A DNA stretch of 64,000 nt from an uncultured delta proteobacterium (GTDB lineage Bacteria; Desulfobacterota; Binatia; UBA9968): positions 32,001 to 96,000 of the forward strand of contig CAVUVW010000025.1 in assembly GCA_963745035.1 (NCBI GenBank), in the 5' to 3' direction. Below are positions 46,823-58,000 of the stretch, in pieces; position 1 is the stretch's first letter, and each line of letters opens with the position of its first letter. The notes beneath the pieces are model-generated. The model saw only the letters and a list, made by a program, of their open reading frames with translations. It did not search any database and was not told where the DNA came from. The translations under genes were made by a program, and so were the position numbers.

Positions 46823-48595
46823 TCAGCGAAGCGGCGCCACTACATGGCTGCCCGTCAATTTGAAGGCCTTTCCCGATTCAGTGTCAAAGGCCCAGGCATC
46901 GATATGAGTCGAGGCACTGGTGGGCATATCCGCTCGAGCGAACGTGTGTTGCCAGCGGTTCCGCTTCTCGACCGGCTGGCGCAGGACGCCTATCAACCCC
47001 TCCGGAATGAGCTCCATCTGTGCGATCGCAAACACCCTGGGCATTTGCGTCGCGTCTCGATAGGTGAGGAGCACGGCATGAGCCGGCTCTCGTCCGCCCC
47101 GTAGCACCGCCCTTCCTTGCGCGATGAAGCGGCCGTCCGGCGTCATAACGAGGTTTTCAAACGCTCCAGCTGACCACGTCTCCTGACTGCCCTTCGCGAT
47201 CTCTTCCACGTTTTTCCCATCGATCAAGCTCGGCCGCAGGTAGCCGAGGCGATTCAGCGCATTTGCGAGTGCCGTCAGATCCCGGTGGCTCGACTCTATC
47301 AAGATAGCTGGTGCGGGAGACCGCAGAACATTGACGAACAGGAGGCATGCCTTGAAGTAGAGAGCCTTCGAGCGGTACACGCGAGCCTGAAGCACGCCGC
47401 TCGCCGCGGTGAGCGCATGGACGAGCAGCAGTAAGACTCCGATTCCAGCAGAGGCAAGTCGAACCCGCCGCGCTCGATTCGGCAGATATCCGTTTGCTCT
47501 GGCGTGCTCAAGCACAATCGCAGCGAGGTAGATCAGGGAAACGACAAGGTAGAGCGAGAAGGTCGAATAGCGCGACTCCAGAGCCTGCGGAATCCCAAAC
47601 CCTAACCGAGCGGGCATTACCATGAGCCCCGTCCCAAGCGAATACGCCCCGAGCGCGATGAAGACGATCATTCGCTTGCGCAACGATCGGTCGCCGAAGC
47701 GCGCCCAGAGGTACGCGCAGGCCCCTAAAAAGAGAATCGAAGTGATGGCTCCAATAGGTATCGCCGCCGCCAGCCGCCGAACCCCAGCCCCTGGCGCCAG
47801 GGGAGCCCCTAGAAACGCAGCGAGATACGCGAGAGCGCGAGCAGGATGGTCCAGGGCTTCGGTCAGGCTTGGGTGCCACTCCGGAGTGCGATAGCCATAC
47901 ATGTAGAAGCTCAAGCTCAGCAGGCACAACGCCGTCCAACCGGCGATCACAAAGGGGACGAAGCGTTTCCGCCAGTCGCACACGACCAGAAGCACGGGAA
48001 GCACGAGCATCCAGCACAGGATGCCGTTCGCCGAGGAGAACGTGCTGACGATCGACAAGAGCACTCCGATCGTCAACTTGGCGTTGGGGCTGAGACCGGA
48101 ATAGGCAACGCTCAAGCAAGTTGTCAGGCATGCGATCGGTACGAGGTAGATCACCTGAATGCCGAAAAGCCAGTTCTCGTACTGGACAGGCGAGAAGATG
48201 AGGAGATTGGCTCCGGCGAGCAGCCAGAGTCGCTTTTGAGTATCGGTGATCGTGACCCGACTGATCCGATAAATATTGAAGGAGACAAGGCAGGCGAGCA
48301 GAAAGCTCACCAGCATCTCATAGCGCACGTTCCAGCGCGTGATTGTGCCAAGGGCGAGGAAGAGCAGGTGAGGAAACAGCTGCCGGAACTCGTTATGCTG
48401 GTCAAACAGGTGAACAAATGAGAGCGAACCATCTGCCAGTTTTACAAACAGCTCAGCGGTCCCCCAGTGGTCAGTGTATGGCACGTCGACACTGTACGTA
48501 GCGATAAAGAGAGCGGTAAAACCGACGGGAAGTATGACCAGCGCAACAATGAGCGCTTGGCCAGCTTTCGACGCGCAGCGGAGGACAGGTGTCAC
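46823..48595 (-). CDS. Polytopic membrane protein, probable GT-C fold glycosyltransferase
   Basis: About 11 TM segments, early periplasmic loop DVPYTDHW...QHNEFRQLFP, soluble C-terminal domain; lies in the sugar cassette. Confidence 0.6.
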   Translation of the reverse strand: MTPVLRCASKAGQALIVALVILPVGFTALFIATYSVDVPYTDHWGTAELFVKLADGSLSFVHLFDQHNEFRQLFPHLLFLALGTITRWNVRYEMLVSFLLACLVSFNIYRISRVTITDTQKRLWLLAGANLLIFSPVQYENWLFGIQVIYLVPIACLTTCLSVAYSGLSPNAKLTIGVLLSIVSTFSSANGILCWMLVLPVLLVVCDWRKRFVPFVIAGWTALCLLSLSFYMYGYRTPEWHPSLTEALDHPARALAYLAAFLGAPLAPGAGVRRLAAAIPIGAITSILFLGACAYLWARFGDRSLRKRMIVFIALGAYSLGTGLMVMPARLGFGIPQALESRYSTFSLYLVVSLIYLAAIVLEHARANGYLPNRARRVRLASAGIGVLLLLVHALTAASGVLQARVYRSKALYFKACLLFVNVLRSPAPAILIESSHRDLTALANALNRLGYLRPSLIDGKNVEEIAKGSQETWSAGAFENLVMTPDGRFIAQGRAVLRGGREPAHAVLLTYRDATQMPRVFAIAQMELIPEGLIGVLRQPVEKRNRWQHTFARADMPTSASTHIDAWAFDTESGKAFKLTGSHVVAPLR

Positions 48596-49362
48596 GGTTG
48601 AGACACCGGGGCCTCAGATTGGTTTTGTGGCAGCTTCTTTCGCGCAATGCAGAAGACGGACACCCCGAAGGGCAACCTCACGCGTCGCGCCACATAGTTC
48701 TCAAGTGCGAGAAGCCGAAAGAGGGTTCGGTCGACGGGGCGGGGTAGCGCGACCAGGTCACCCTTGGTTGCGGTGTTCGCTCGCGCTCGCCGCAGGAGCT
48801 TTAAGAGCACGGCCAATGGTGACAGCAGAGTATTCCGGTAGGTGATCCGAACTAGCTCGAAACCGGATCTTTGTATCTTCTCGGCCAGTTCGTCGCGCGT
48901 ATATCGGTGGCGTGTGAGAGTGGCGACATCGTGAGCGGACCAGAGGAAACGGTATGCCGCGACCTGGAGCAGGACGAACCCACCAGGGACCAGGACCCGA
49001 TAGATCTCCCGAAGTGCGCCGACGTCGTCTGGCACCCACTGGTGGACGAGTACATCAATGGATAGGACCGCATCGAAACTCTCCGATCGAAATGGAAGCG
49101 CGGTGGTCGACGCCTGAAGGACGTTGTTGAGTCCACGCCGTCGGCATAAACCTATGCCCTCGCTAGCGATCTCGATGCCCCAGGCTTTCCTGTTCGCGAG
49201 ACGCTTGAGCAAACCACCGGTGCCACAGCCGGCATCCAGGATACGCCCCGTCTGACGGATCGGAACGTCTGAGAGCGCCGACAGGATGAACTGCATCGAG
49301 CCCTCGAACCACCAGTAGCGATCTTCCAACTGGAACATCGCATCGTATTCAGTCGGTCGCAC
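48592..49362 (-). CDS. Class I SAM-dependent methyltransferase
   Basis: EDRYWWF, ILDAGCGTG, LPFRSESFD, WSAHD..RHRY. Confidence 0.88.
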   Translation of the reverse strand: MRPTEYDAMFQLEDRYWWFEGSMQFILSALSDVPIRQTGRILDAGCGTGGLLKRLANRKAWGIEIASEGIGLCRRRGLNNVLQASTTALPFRSESFDAVLSIDVLVHQWVPDDVGALREIYRVLVPGGFVLLQVAAYRFLWSAHDVATLTRHRYTRDELAEKIQRSGFELVRITYRNTLLSPLAVLLKLLRRARANTATKGDLVALPRPVDRTLFRLLALENYVARRVRLPFGVSVFCIARKKLPQNQSEAPVSQP

Positions 49363-49374
49363 AGAGCCCTCCAG

Positions 49375-50481
49375 CTAGGCGACAAACGCCCGAATCGCAT
49401 CACAGACCAGCGCGACTTGCGACTCATCCAGGTCGGGGAAGATCGGGAGAGACAAGATCTCTGATGCCGCCTCCTCGGCCGCTGGGAAGCTTCCGGGCCC
49501 CGCCCCGAGATCCGAGTATGCGGGTTGGAGGTGGATCGGCCGCGGATACTGAACGCGGGTATCAATGCCGCGATCCGCCAGCCATTCCCGTAAGCGATCT
49601 CGTGACGGATGCCGGATGACATAGGAACAGTAGACGTGTGTGGTCTCTGGCCGTTCGACCGGAACCTTCACACTGGTTCCCTTGAGGTGGGTATCATATG
49701 CGCGGGCCAGGAAGCGACGCTGTGCGTTCGAGGCGTCGAGATGCCGGAGCTTGACGCGCAGAATGGCCGCCTGCAGCTCGTCCATACGGCAGTTAAAGCC
49801 TCTAAGATAGTGCATGAAGCGCTCTCGCTCTCCGTAGTTCCGCAGCAGCCGAACATGCTCCGCATGATCGGCTGAACGTGTGACGATCATGCCGCCGTCG
49901 CCGTAGCCGCCGAGGTTCTTGGTCGGATAGAAGCTGAAGCAGCCGAACAGCCCGAAGCTACCCACCTTCTTGTTGTAGTACGTTGCACCATGACCCTGGC
50001 AGGCATCCTCGATAATCTCGAGCCCGCGCGAGCTTGCAATATCAAGCAAAGGCTTGAGATCAGTTGGATGGCCGTAGAGGTGGATAGGGATGATTGCCTT
50101 GGTTTGACGCGTCAGTCGAGCCTCCACTTGCAACACATCCAACGTGTAGGTGGCCGGATCGATGTCAACAAGGACCGCTCGCGCGCCTACGCCCTCGATG
50201 GCAACTACTGTCGCCACTGCGGTCATGGCACTCGTGAGGACCTCATCTCCCGGCCCCACACCCGCGGTGAGCAGTGCTAGGCGCAATGCCTCGGTACCGG
50301 AACTTACTGCCACCGCATGGGGGGCGCCGAGATATGCGGCGAACTCCTTCTCGAAGACTCCGACTTGGCCGCCGAAGAGGAAGACGCCGCTGTCAAGAAC
50401 GTCCTGAATCGCCCGGTCAATTTCAGTCTTGAGCTGGTGATACTGCGTGCGCAGATCCACGAACGGAACGACCGTTCTCAC
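49375..50481 (-). CDS. DegT/DnrJ/EryC1/StrS sugar aminotransferase
   Basis: SSGTEAL, IEDACQ, SFYPTKNLGGYGDGG (PLP Lys), RMDELQAA. Confidence 0.92.
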   Translation of the reverse strand: MRTVVPFVDLRTQYHQLKTEIDRAIQDVLDSGVFLFGGQVGVFEKEFAAYLGAPHAVAVSSGTEALRLALLTAGVGPGDEVLTSAMTAVATVVAIEGVGARAVLVDIDPATYTLDVLQVEARLTRQTKAIIPIHLYGHPTDLKPLLDIASSRGLEIIEDACQGHGATYYNKKVGSFGLFGCFSFYPTKNLGGYGDGGMIVTRSADHAEHVRLLRNYGERERFMHYLRGFNCRMDELQAAILRVKLRHLDASNAQRRFLARAYDTHLKGTSVKVPVERPETTHVYCSYVIRHPSRDRLREWLADRGIDTRVQYPRPIHLQPAYSDLGAGPGSFPAAEEAASEILSLPIFPDLDESQVALVCDAIRAFVA

Positions 50482-51473
50482 CAGTAGTAGCTCCTATAAC
50501 GTCGGTAATACTCGACTGTCCGCAGCAGGCCTTCGTCTAACGGCACCGCGGGCTCCCAGCCCAACATGGCCTTGATCTTCGACGAATCGGCATAGTAGCT
50601 CCCAATGTCGATTTGACACCGTTCTTCGGGGAACGGAACGCATGCATAGGATCCTCCGCCGACGACAGCCAAAAGGATGTCCGCAAATTCCCGAAGCGAG
50701 TACGGTCGTTCACCGCTCAAGTTGAAAACCTCCCCGTCGGCTTCAGGCCGATGCGCCACGACGAGCAGCGCGTCGACTACATCGTCGACATATGTGAAGT
50801 CTCGCATCTGCCGACCGTCACCAAAGAGCTCAATCTGATTGCCATCGACCGCGCGGCGGATCAACCAGCCGACGAACGCCTGCCGGCCGTGGCGCATGAG
50901 CTGACCGGGCCCGTAAGTATTGGTAAGCCGAAGCGATGTCGTCCGGAGGCCATAGAGTCGTCCGTAGAGCAGGTGGTAGGCCTCGCCCGCAACCTTGTGG
51001 ATTCCGTTGATGTCGACCGGACGTAGTGGGTGGCGCTCGTCGACCGGCAGATATTCTGGCCGCCCATACTGCTGACGCGTGCCCGTGAAGACGATCTTCG
51101 CGCCCGGCGCATGCTTCCGGCAGGCCTCGAGCAGCCCTAACTGGGCCTGACAGTTCATCATCAGGTCCGAATAGGGATCGCGCATGCTGTCGACGTGACT
51201 GACCTGCCCGGCCAGGTTGAAGACAAGCGTCTTTCCCCGCACCGGCTCTCTCATCGCATCCTCGTCGGCCATGTTGACGATATACACCGTGATACGCCCC
51301 TCAACGTGTGCGAGGTTGAAACAGTTCGCTCCAGTGTTCGGCACTAAGGGATCGACAACCGTCACCTCCGCCCCGAGTTCCACCAAGCGGCGGACAAGAT
51401 TGCCACCGATGAATCCGTAACCACCAGTAACCAGAACAGGTACACCGGCGAAAGCGGTTTTCGGAAAGAGCAT
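50478..51473 (-). CDS. NAD-dependent nucleotide-sugar epimerase/dehydratase
   Basis: TGGYGFIG, NLAGQVSH, NGIHK in place of YxxxK, RLTNTYGP, RDFTYVDD; start ATG 51473 (TGATG coupling), or 51476/51518. Confidence 0.85.
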   Translation of the reverse strand: MLFPKTAFAGVPVLVTGGYGFIGGNLVRRLVELGAEVTVVDPLVPNTGANCFNLAHVEGRITVYIVNMADEDAMREPVRGKTLVFNLAGQVSHVDSMRDPYSDLMMNCQAQLGLLEACRKHAPGAKIVFTGTRQQYGRPEYLPVDERHPLRPVDINGIHKVAGEAYHLLYGRLYGLRTTSLRLTNTYGPGQLMRHGRQAFVGWLIRRAVDGNQIELFGDGRQMRDFTYVDDVVDALLVVAHRPEADGEVFNLSGERPYSLREFADILLAVVGGGSYACVPFPEERCQIDIGSYYADSSKIKAMLGWEPAVPLDEGLLRTVEYYRRYRSYYW

Positions 51474-52201
51474 CACGGGCTCCGCCTGGCCGCCCGCCGA
51501 ACGGTGAGTCGCCACCATAAGCGCACCATGTCAAAAACTACCTCCGCTATGCGCGACGCAGTGAAGAACTGGGAGCGTCCATACGGTCGGCGATAGTGAT
51601 GAACAGGAACCTCGACGAACCGGGCACCGGCATCCTGCAGCTTGCGGACGAGCTCCAGACAAATGATGCCGGAGTTATGCTCCAGCGCGATCTTCTGCAG
51701 CACAGAGCGTCGAATGAGGCGGAAATCACAGTCGACGTCGCGTATCTTCAAGCAGAACATGATCCTTGCCACTTCCCGGTAAACTGCTCCGATCAGCACC
51801 CTGTGCCACGCATCCTGACGCGTGAGTTTGTAGCCCTGCACCACATCGATGCCGTCATCGACGAGCGCCAACAACCCGCGAAGCTCGGTTACATCGTACT
51901 GCGCGTCGCCGTCGGTGTAGAAAACCCAATCTTTGCTGGCCTCTGAAAAACCGGTCCGGAGCGCCCCCCCGTAACCCAAATTCCGTGGATGGCGCACAAC
52001 GCGTAACGGCACCGAACGGGATCTCAAGAGCTCTTCCAGAACGGTAACGCTATGATCGGTGCTGCCATCATCCACGACGATAATCTCGTAATCGGTCGTG
52101 ATTTCCTGCAGCGTCTCATTCGCGAGAATGACGAGACTAGCGATCGTGACACCGTCGTTGAAGCACGGAAAGAACGCACTGACCGAGAGAAATGACCTCA
52201 C
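51473..52201 (-). CDS. GT2 polyprenol-phosphate glycosyltransferase (DPM synthase/ArnC-like)
   Basis: FPCFND, VDDGSTD, NLGYGGAL, TDGDAQY, DVDCDFRL; start uncertain (GTG 52201 or ATG 52288). Confidence 0.85.
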   Translation of the reverse strand: MRSFLSVSAFFPCFNDGVTIASLVILANETLQEITTDYEIIVVDDGSTDHSVTVLEELLRSRSVPLRVVRHPRNLGYGGALRTGFSEASKDWVFYTDGDAQYDVTELRGLLALVDDGIDVVQGYKLTRQDAWHRVLIGAVYREVARIMFCLKIRDVDCDFRLIRRSVLQKIALEHNSGIICLELVRKLQDAGARFVEVPVHHYRRPYGRSQFFTASRIAEVVFDMVRLWWRLTVRRAARRSP

Positions 52202-52437
52202 CGGAACGAGCAAGACCGAGGGATCATAGAATGCGACCCGACGTGTCGTCAAGAGTTCCGACCATTGTAAGCCAGTAATACCCCCCATGCTGTGCCACTC
52301 ACGATTTCAACAAGCAGTACGGATTTAGAAGTACCCGCGTCCTGAAAGTTTTAATCTCTCGTACTGATTGGAACGCACGCCGGGACAGAGGGAGTAAAAA
52401 TGGTGCCGACCTGTGGCTCTTTACGTAGAATGGTGTG

Positions 52438-53448
52438 CTACAAGGTCGCCATATCATGCTCGACCATGAGTCCGACCAACTCTGCAAAACTGGTTTGAGG
52501 CGACCAGCCGAGTCGCGCCCTGGCTTTTGAATAGTCACCAACCAGATGATCGACTTCCGCGGGCCTAAAAAATTGTCGGTCAATCCGTAATCTGACGATG
52601 CCGTTCGAACTGTCCTTTCCCACCTCGTCTACTCCACTTCCGTACCACTCGAGGTCCACGCCGATTTTTTTAAACGCCAGTTCCGCGAATTCCCTCACGC
52701 TGTGTGATTCTCCACTGGCAATCACATAGTCATCCGGCTCGGGCTGCTGCAGCATGAGCTGCATCGCTTTGACATATTCCAGGGCGTATCCCCAGTCACG
52801 GCTCGCATCCAAATTGCCAAGAGCCAGTTCCTGTTGGAGGCCGAGCTTTATTTTCGCCACGCCATTAGTAATCTTTCTGGTGACGAACTCACGCCCTCTC
52901 AAGGGCGATTCATGATTAAACAGAATTCCCGAACAGACAAACATGCCATAAGACTCCCGATAATTGACCGCCGCCCAGTGGGCGAACAGTTTGGCGGCGG
53001 CATACGGACTTCGAGGGTAAAAGGGGGTTTTTTCATTCTGTGGCATCGCCTGAACTTTGCCGAACATTTCACTCGAAGACGCTTGATAGAATTTGATTTT
53101 TGGATTGACGGCCTTTACGGCCTCGAGGAGGCGTAACGGCCCCAAGCCGGTGACATCAGCCGTGAACACCGGTACGTCGAATGACATGCCGACGAAACTT
53201 TGGGCGCCGAGATTGTAGATCTCGTCGGGCTGAATCCGCTCGATCGCACTGTATAGGTTGGTGAATTCCAATAGTTCGAGAGGAACGAACTTGATCTGCT
53301 CTGCGATGCCGATGAATTTGAGCCTCTCGATATGCATCTCCGAGGTTCGTCGAAACGTTCCATGAACCTCGTATCCTTTGTCCAACAATACTTTGGCAAG
53401 ATAAGCGCCATCCTGCCCCGTGATGCCTGTTACAAGCGCTTTTTTCAT
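52438..53448 (-). CDS. gmd: GDP-mannose 4,6-dehydratase
   Basis: TGITGQDGAYL, QASSSEMFG, PRSPYAAAK, LFNHESPLRG.EFVTRKI, RDWG, RPAEVD. Confidence 0.95.
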   Translation of the reverse strand: MKKALVTGITGQDGAYLAKVLLDKGYEVHGTFRRTSEMHIERLKFIGIAEQIKFVPLELLEFTNLYSAIERIQPDEIYNLGAQSFVGMSFDVPVFTADVTGLGPLRLLEAVKAVNPKIKFYQASSSEMFGKVQAMPQNEKTPFYPRSPYAAAKLFAHWAAVNYRESYGMFVCSGILFNHESPLRGREFVTRKITNGVAKIKLGLQQELALGNLDASRDWGYALEYVKAMQLMLQQPEPDDYVIASGESHSVREFAELAFKKIGVDLEWYGSGVDEVGKDSSNGIVRLRIDRQFFRPAEVDHLVGDYSKARARLGWSPQTSFAELVGLMVEHDMATL

Positions 53449-53884
53449 CTGCCTTTATCCTCCCCGGCATGGTTGTGAATTTGTCTCATTCGCGCGTATT
53501 GTTCTTTTGATATGTTACTTTCCATAGCACAAACAAAAGATTGCGCGCCAGCTCAAGCTCATATTTTCGCAATTCTAGATCCTTGTTTTCGAGTTCAGAT
53601 TCAACTACTTGCTCGCACACACGAGTTCTCATGTAGACAACACAACTTAGCCAGTCATGTTTCTCTTTAGCAATGAGCCCGAATGGCGATGCCAAGTCAA
53701 AGCGCTAGCCCACAGACTGAGCATCGCGTTGAAGTCGATGACGTTGATTTCCCGCAGACCGATGACAACAGCATAACAAAAGACTTCCCGCACAATCTGA
53801 GTGGATTTTACGGTCGCTTAATTCCACAAGGACGGAAGAAATAAAATAAAAACGGGTACTTGCGCGCGTCTAACGTTCTATTTT

Positions 53885-54700
53885 ATGTGTGGTTATTCGG
53901 GAGATTATGCGATGCACTACATGACCACTTCTATTCCGATTGCGACGGATTTCATAGCGGACGAATTTTTCGAATTCTTGAAAATTATTAGACACCCGCC
54001 CCAGTTCCATAGAAAACTTTGGGAGTGGGCGTTTATTCTTTATCATGCAGAACGGGAAGGAAAGCTCGGTACAGGGATGAAGGCGCTCGGTTTTGGGGTT
54101 GGTGTTGAAAAGCTTCCTGCGATATTTGCGTCTCGCGGCTGCATAGTCGTCGCCACGGATGGACCCAATAACATAGGACAAGAATGGAGACAGACAGGTC
54201 AATACAGTCGTGACACAACAGAGCTTTTCTGCGACTTTATCATTGACAGAAATTCGTTTGATTCGCTTGTGTCATTTGAAGAGTGCGACATGAAAAATAT
54301 CTCCCCACATCTTAGGGATTTCGACTTCTGCTGGTCGGCATGTGCACTTGAGCATTTAGGAAGTCTCGAGGCTGGAATAAAATTCATCGAAAATAGTCTG
54401 AAAACGCTCAAAGTCGGCGGTCTAGCTATCCACACCACGGAGTTTAATGTGAGCTCTGACACCGAGACAGCCGAATACGGGCCGACGGTTCTATATCGCA
54501 GAAGCGATATCGACATGATCCGTGCGCGTCTAGAAAAAGCTGGCCATAGCGTGCGCTCGATCACGATCCCTTATGCCTCATCGGCTATAGACAAGCACGT
54601 CGATTTTCCACCCTATTCACATAATCCCCACCTCAAGCTATCGCTGATGAATTATGTGGCAACCTCTATAGGCATTGTCGTCCAGCGAGGCAGGCAGTGA
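53885..54700 (+). CDS. SAM-dependent methyltransferase, oriented opposite to the locus
   Basis: HRKLWEW, LGFGVGVE, DFCWSACALEHLGS, LKVGG..HTTEFN. Confidence 0.75.
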   Translation: MCGYSGDYAMHYMTTSIPIATDFIADEFFEFLKIIRHPPQFHRKLWEWAFILYHAEREGKLGTGMKALGFGVGVEKLPAIFASRGCIVVATDGPNNIGQEWRQTGQYSRDTTELFCDFIIDRNSFDSLVSFEECDMKNISPHLRDFDFCWSACALEHLGSLEAGIKFIENSLKTLKVGGLAIHTTEFNVSSDTETAEYGPTVLYRRSDIDMIRARLEKAGHSVRSITIPYASSAIDKHVDFPPYSHNPHLKLSLMNYVATSIGIVVQRGRQ

Positions 54701-55028
54701 AAAGGCACCCTAGAAGGCGGTGGGTTCACGGATTGCCAATTGGAAATTGACTCGCGTGCCACCTTACTGGAACAAAATCCTCAACTCTTGCTCCATTTCG
54801 ATTTGTCGAATCAGGTCGTGCACACGAATTACTACCGTGCCCACAAGTACTTTTTTGCGATATTTCGTTATCCAGGCGAAGTGGAGCTTGAGGTGCGCTC
54901 CATATCTTCACCGCCGCACGCAACCACATTGCGAGAACCTTCTCTTCGCCTGGAGGACGAGGCCTTTCGACCACCCCGGGAGGGAACACTAACCCGAATA
55001 GTCTGCTAGTTAGTTAACTAATTACTGC

Positions 55029-58000
55029 CTATAGAACGAGATTCACTAACTGCTGCGCACTCTGCCGCCATGTAACCCAGGGTATGTTATCCGAACAAGG
55101 AGCGTTACCGCTAGCAGCCAATGCGAGCCATTCCTTGATTGCGGTGGCCAGATTTTCGGGCTCTTTACCACTAAAGTAAAATGCATGCTCACCAGCTGCA
55201 TCGCGAAAGACCGGAATATCACGGGCAATAATTGGTAGTTTATGCTGCGCTGCCTCGATCAACGGCAAGCCGAATCCTTCAGCCTCTGAAGCAGCCAGCA
55301 ACGCAGACGATGCTTCATACACCATTACCAAAAACTCGTCGCTTATACCTTCAAACCAATGTAGGTGTTTACCGAAATTTGGATGGCCACGAAGCTTCTG
55401 AACTAAATCCTCAACCATCCAGCCTTGCTTGCCCACAATTACCAAATCGGCCTCAATCCCGCTCACCCAAAGTTGTTCGAACGCGGCGAGCGCCTGACGG
55501 TGTCCTTTACGTGGTTCAAGTGTGCCGACCATCAAAAAGGTTGGACGGTCAGCGAAAGCATTTAGCAGTTCCTTCGCGCCGCCTGGTAAACCTTTCGATG
55601 GAGAGGAAGCAGCAATGTCTGCCCCCAAAGGAAACCACTCAATCCTGAAGGGCCGTTGACGGACCGGACCGTTTTGCTTGAGCCATTCTTCAAGTTGGGC
55701 GGCCACGACCTTTGAAATACAAAATGCTCCGTCACACTGAGTCACTATCCTTAACCAAGACTCGTAATAGTCTGCCAATCCTGGAGGAAAAGCGTTAGGA
55801 AGGATAATCGGCAAAATATCGTATACAACGAAGTAGACACCTAACCCGCAGTTGCGCAACTTCTGATAAAAAGGTTGATGTGCCGATACTACCTCGGGCT
55901 GCAAGTCTAACCCGAGAAAAACGTCACCAACACGGAATTCGATGGCATCATCTGAGAGGAGTGAATCTGGACAACCAAGAAATCGCAGAGTAAAACGCCG
56001 TGCATACCGGTAGATCCGATCTGTCGTCGCATAAACGGGCTCAACCCTGAAACCTTCCGGCCCGTGATTGAGCAATTCTTGCAAGATGCTACGCACGGCA
56101 CGCTGAATACCACTTCCTGCATCGTGCTGTACAAGTTCCGAAATGTCGATGAACAGTTGCCGCGGAGCGATGGGAGGCGAAATCGAAAGTGCTATTGACT
56201 CCGACAATGAGATCCACGTTTGTGTTTCTGTAGGCGATGGTACAAGCCTAGCCATCGCTTGGGTCAAAGCAGAAATACCAGTAAGGCCCTTCCGATAGTT
56301 TCCCTCAATAGCCGCTGCATATGCGTCGGCACATGCTCGCGGAGCATGACGCGTGCGGACGATCTCCTGCGCCGTCTTGCCTAATTGTTGGCGACGCGTC
56401 GGATCACTCCAGAGACTTTCAAGGGCGCTCACTAACTGATTCTCGCCGAAGTCAGCCTCTAATTTCCATACCCCATCGTCCGGTAACTCTGCCATGCTGC
56501 CTTCCGCATTAACTATAGTCGCAAGGCCATAATTCATACAGTCTAGCACGGCTGCCGACGTTTCCCCTCGTGACAATGCTCGCAATTGGACTCCCACATC
56601 AGCCGCCGCAAGGTACCGTTGATAGGTGGGAGTGTCTACCCATCCGGTGATGGTAATTCGCTTGCTGCTGTGATGAATCGTGTTGGCGAGTTCTGCCCCG
56701 TATGAGTCGCTTTGATTCTCACCAACGAAAATCAGCACACAATTAGGTTTAGTTACCAAAGCCGAGGCTAGCCACGCACTCAGCAAACGATGGCTTAGTT
56801 TGTGTCGACCTAACACGCCAAAGCTGCAAACGACGAAATCATCAGTGCCCAGATTCAGCACCCGTCGCGCTTCAGTACGATCAATACCATACGGCGGGGC
56901 ACGCAGAAGAGGAATAACAGACCAATCATCTGACTTGCCCTCGCCGTACCAATGCTCGGCGAGTGCGCGCGACAGTTCAGAGTGTACAATAACTCCGCTA
57001 GCGTTCTGCAGAGTCTGAAGATTCACTGGATATTTCCAAGCTATGGCGTCCACATCGCTGCCCGCCAACCGTTCCTTGATAGCACAATAGCCGTGAGAGG
57101 CGTACAGTGCCACACTCCAGGCAACTGGCGCATAGCCGCTCATTTCCATATGGGCCAGGACTCCGCTAAGAAAAAAATCGTGCAACACTACCGTGCCTGG
57201 GTGCCGTTCTAACAACGAGAACATGTGCTGATGAAATACCGAATTGCCGAAGTGATAAATGATCCGATCGTAGCGGTGGGCATTTTGGTCGAACCATTCC
57301 GGACTACGAATGCAACAGTTCGCTTTGATCCATGGATTAGTCATCTCTACTGGATTGATAACCACGTCTATATCGTAATGGCGCGCAAGCTCTGGCAAGA
57401 GTTCGGCGCTATAGTCAGCTATGCCGCTCTTTTCTGGTGGTAACGGTGACACATAGGCTAGCTGAGCGCGGTGCGTACTAGCAAGCCAACTGCGAGGAGT
57501 GCCCGCCAAACGGCTATACGCATGCAAATGTTCGAATGCTTCCACTGCTCGGCGCCCGCTACGATCCCAAGAAAACTTTGTCGCCTGTTTCAATCCATGG
57601 CGTTTCAGATGCTCTCGGAAGTTGTCATTTGTTACGACATGGTGAAGCTTGGCGGCAATTTTATCTTCACCGTGCGGATCGAACAAAGCATCATCTCGGC
57701 CTATCAGTTCCGGGAGACTGGAGGTATCGGATCCAATCACTGGGGCGCCACAGCTCATAGCTTCTAGTACGGGCAGGCCGAACCCTTCGTATAGAGAGGG
57801 AAAAACAAATGCGGTACATAGATTGTATAGTGCCACCAAATCCGCATCTGGGACGAAGCCAGTCAAGATAAGCTCATCCGGTGCAAGGCCACATTTGGCT
57901 GCCCACCGAGTGATTTCACCGGTTTGCTCCACACTCGCCGAGCAGACAATTGCCAGTTGATAGCGTGACCGTACTGAAGAAGGTAAATTTGCGTATGCTT

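Noticed and set aside
54740-55009. 89-aa ORF with protein-like composition
   Set aside because: No family recognised and no clear RBS; possibly a gene fragment, but a call cannot be supported.
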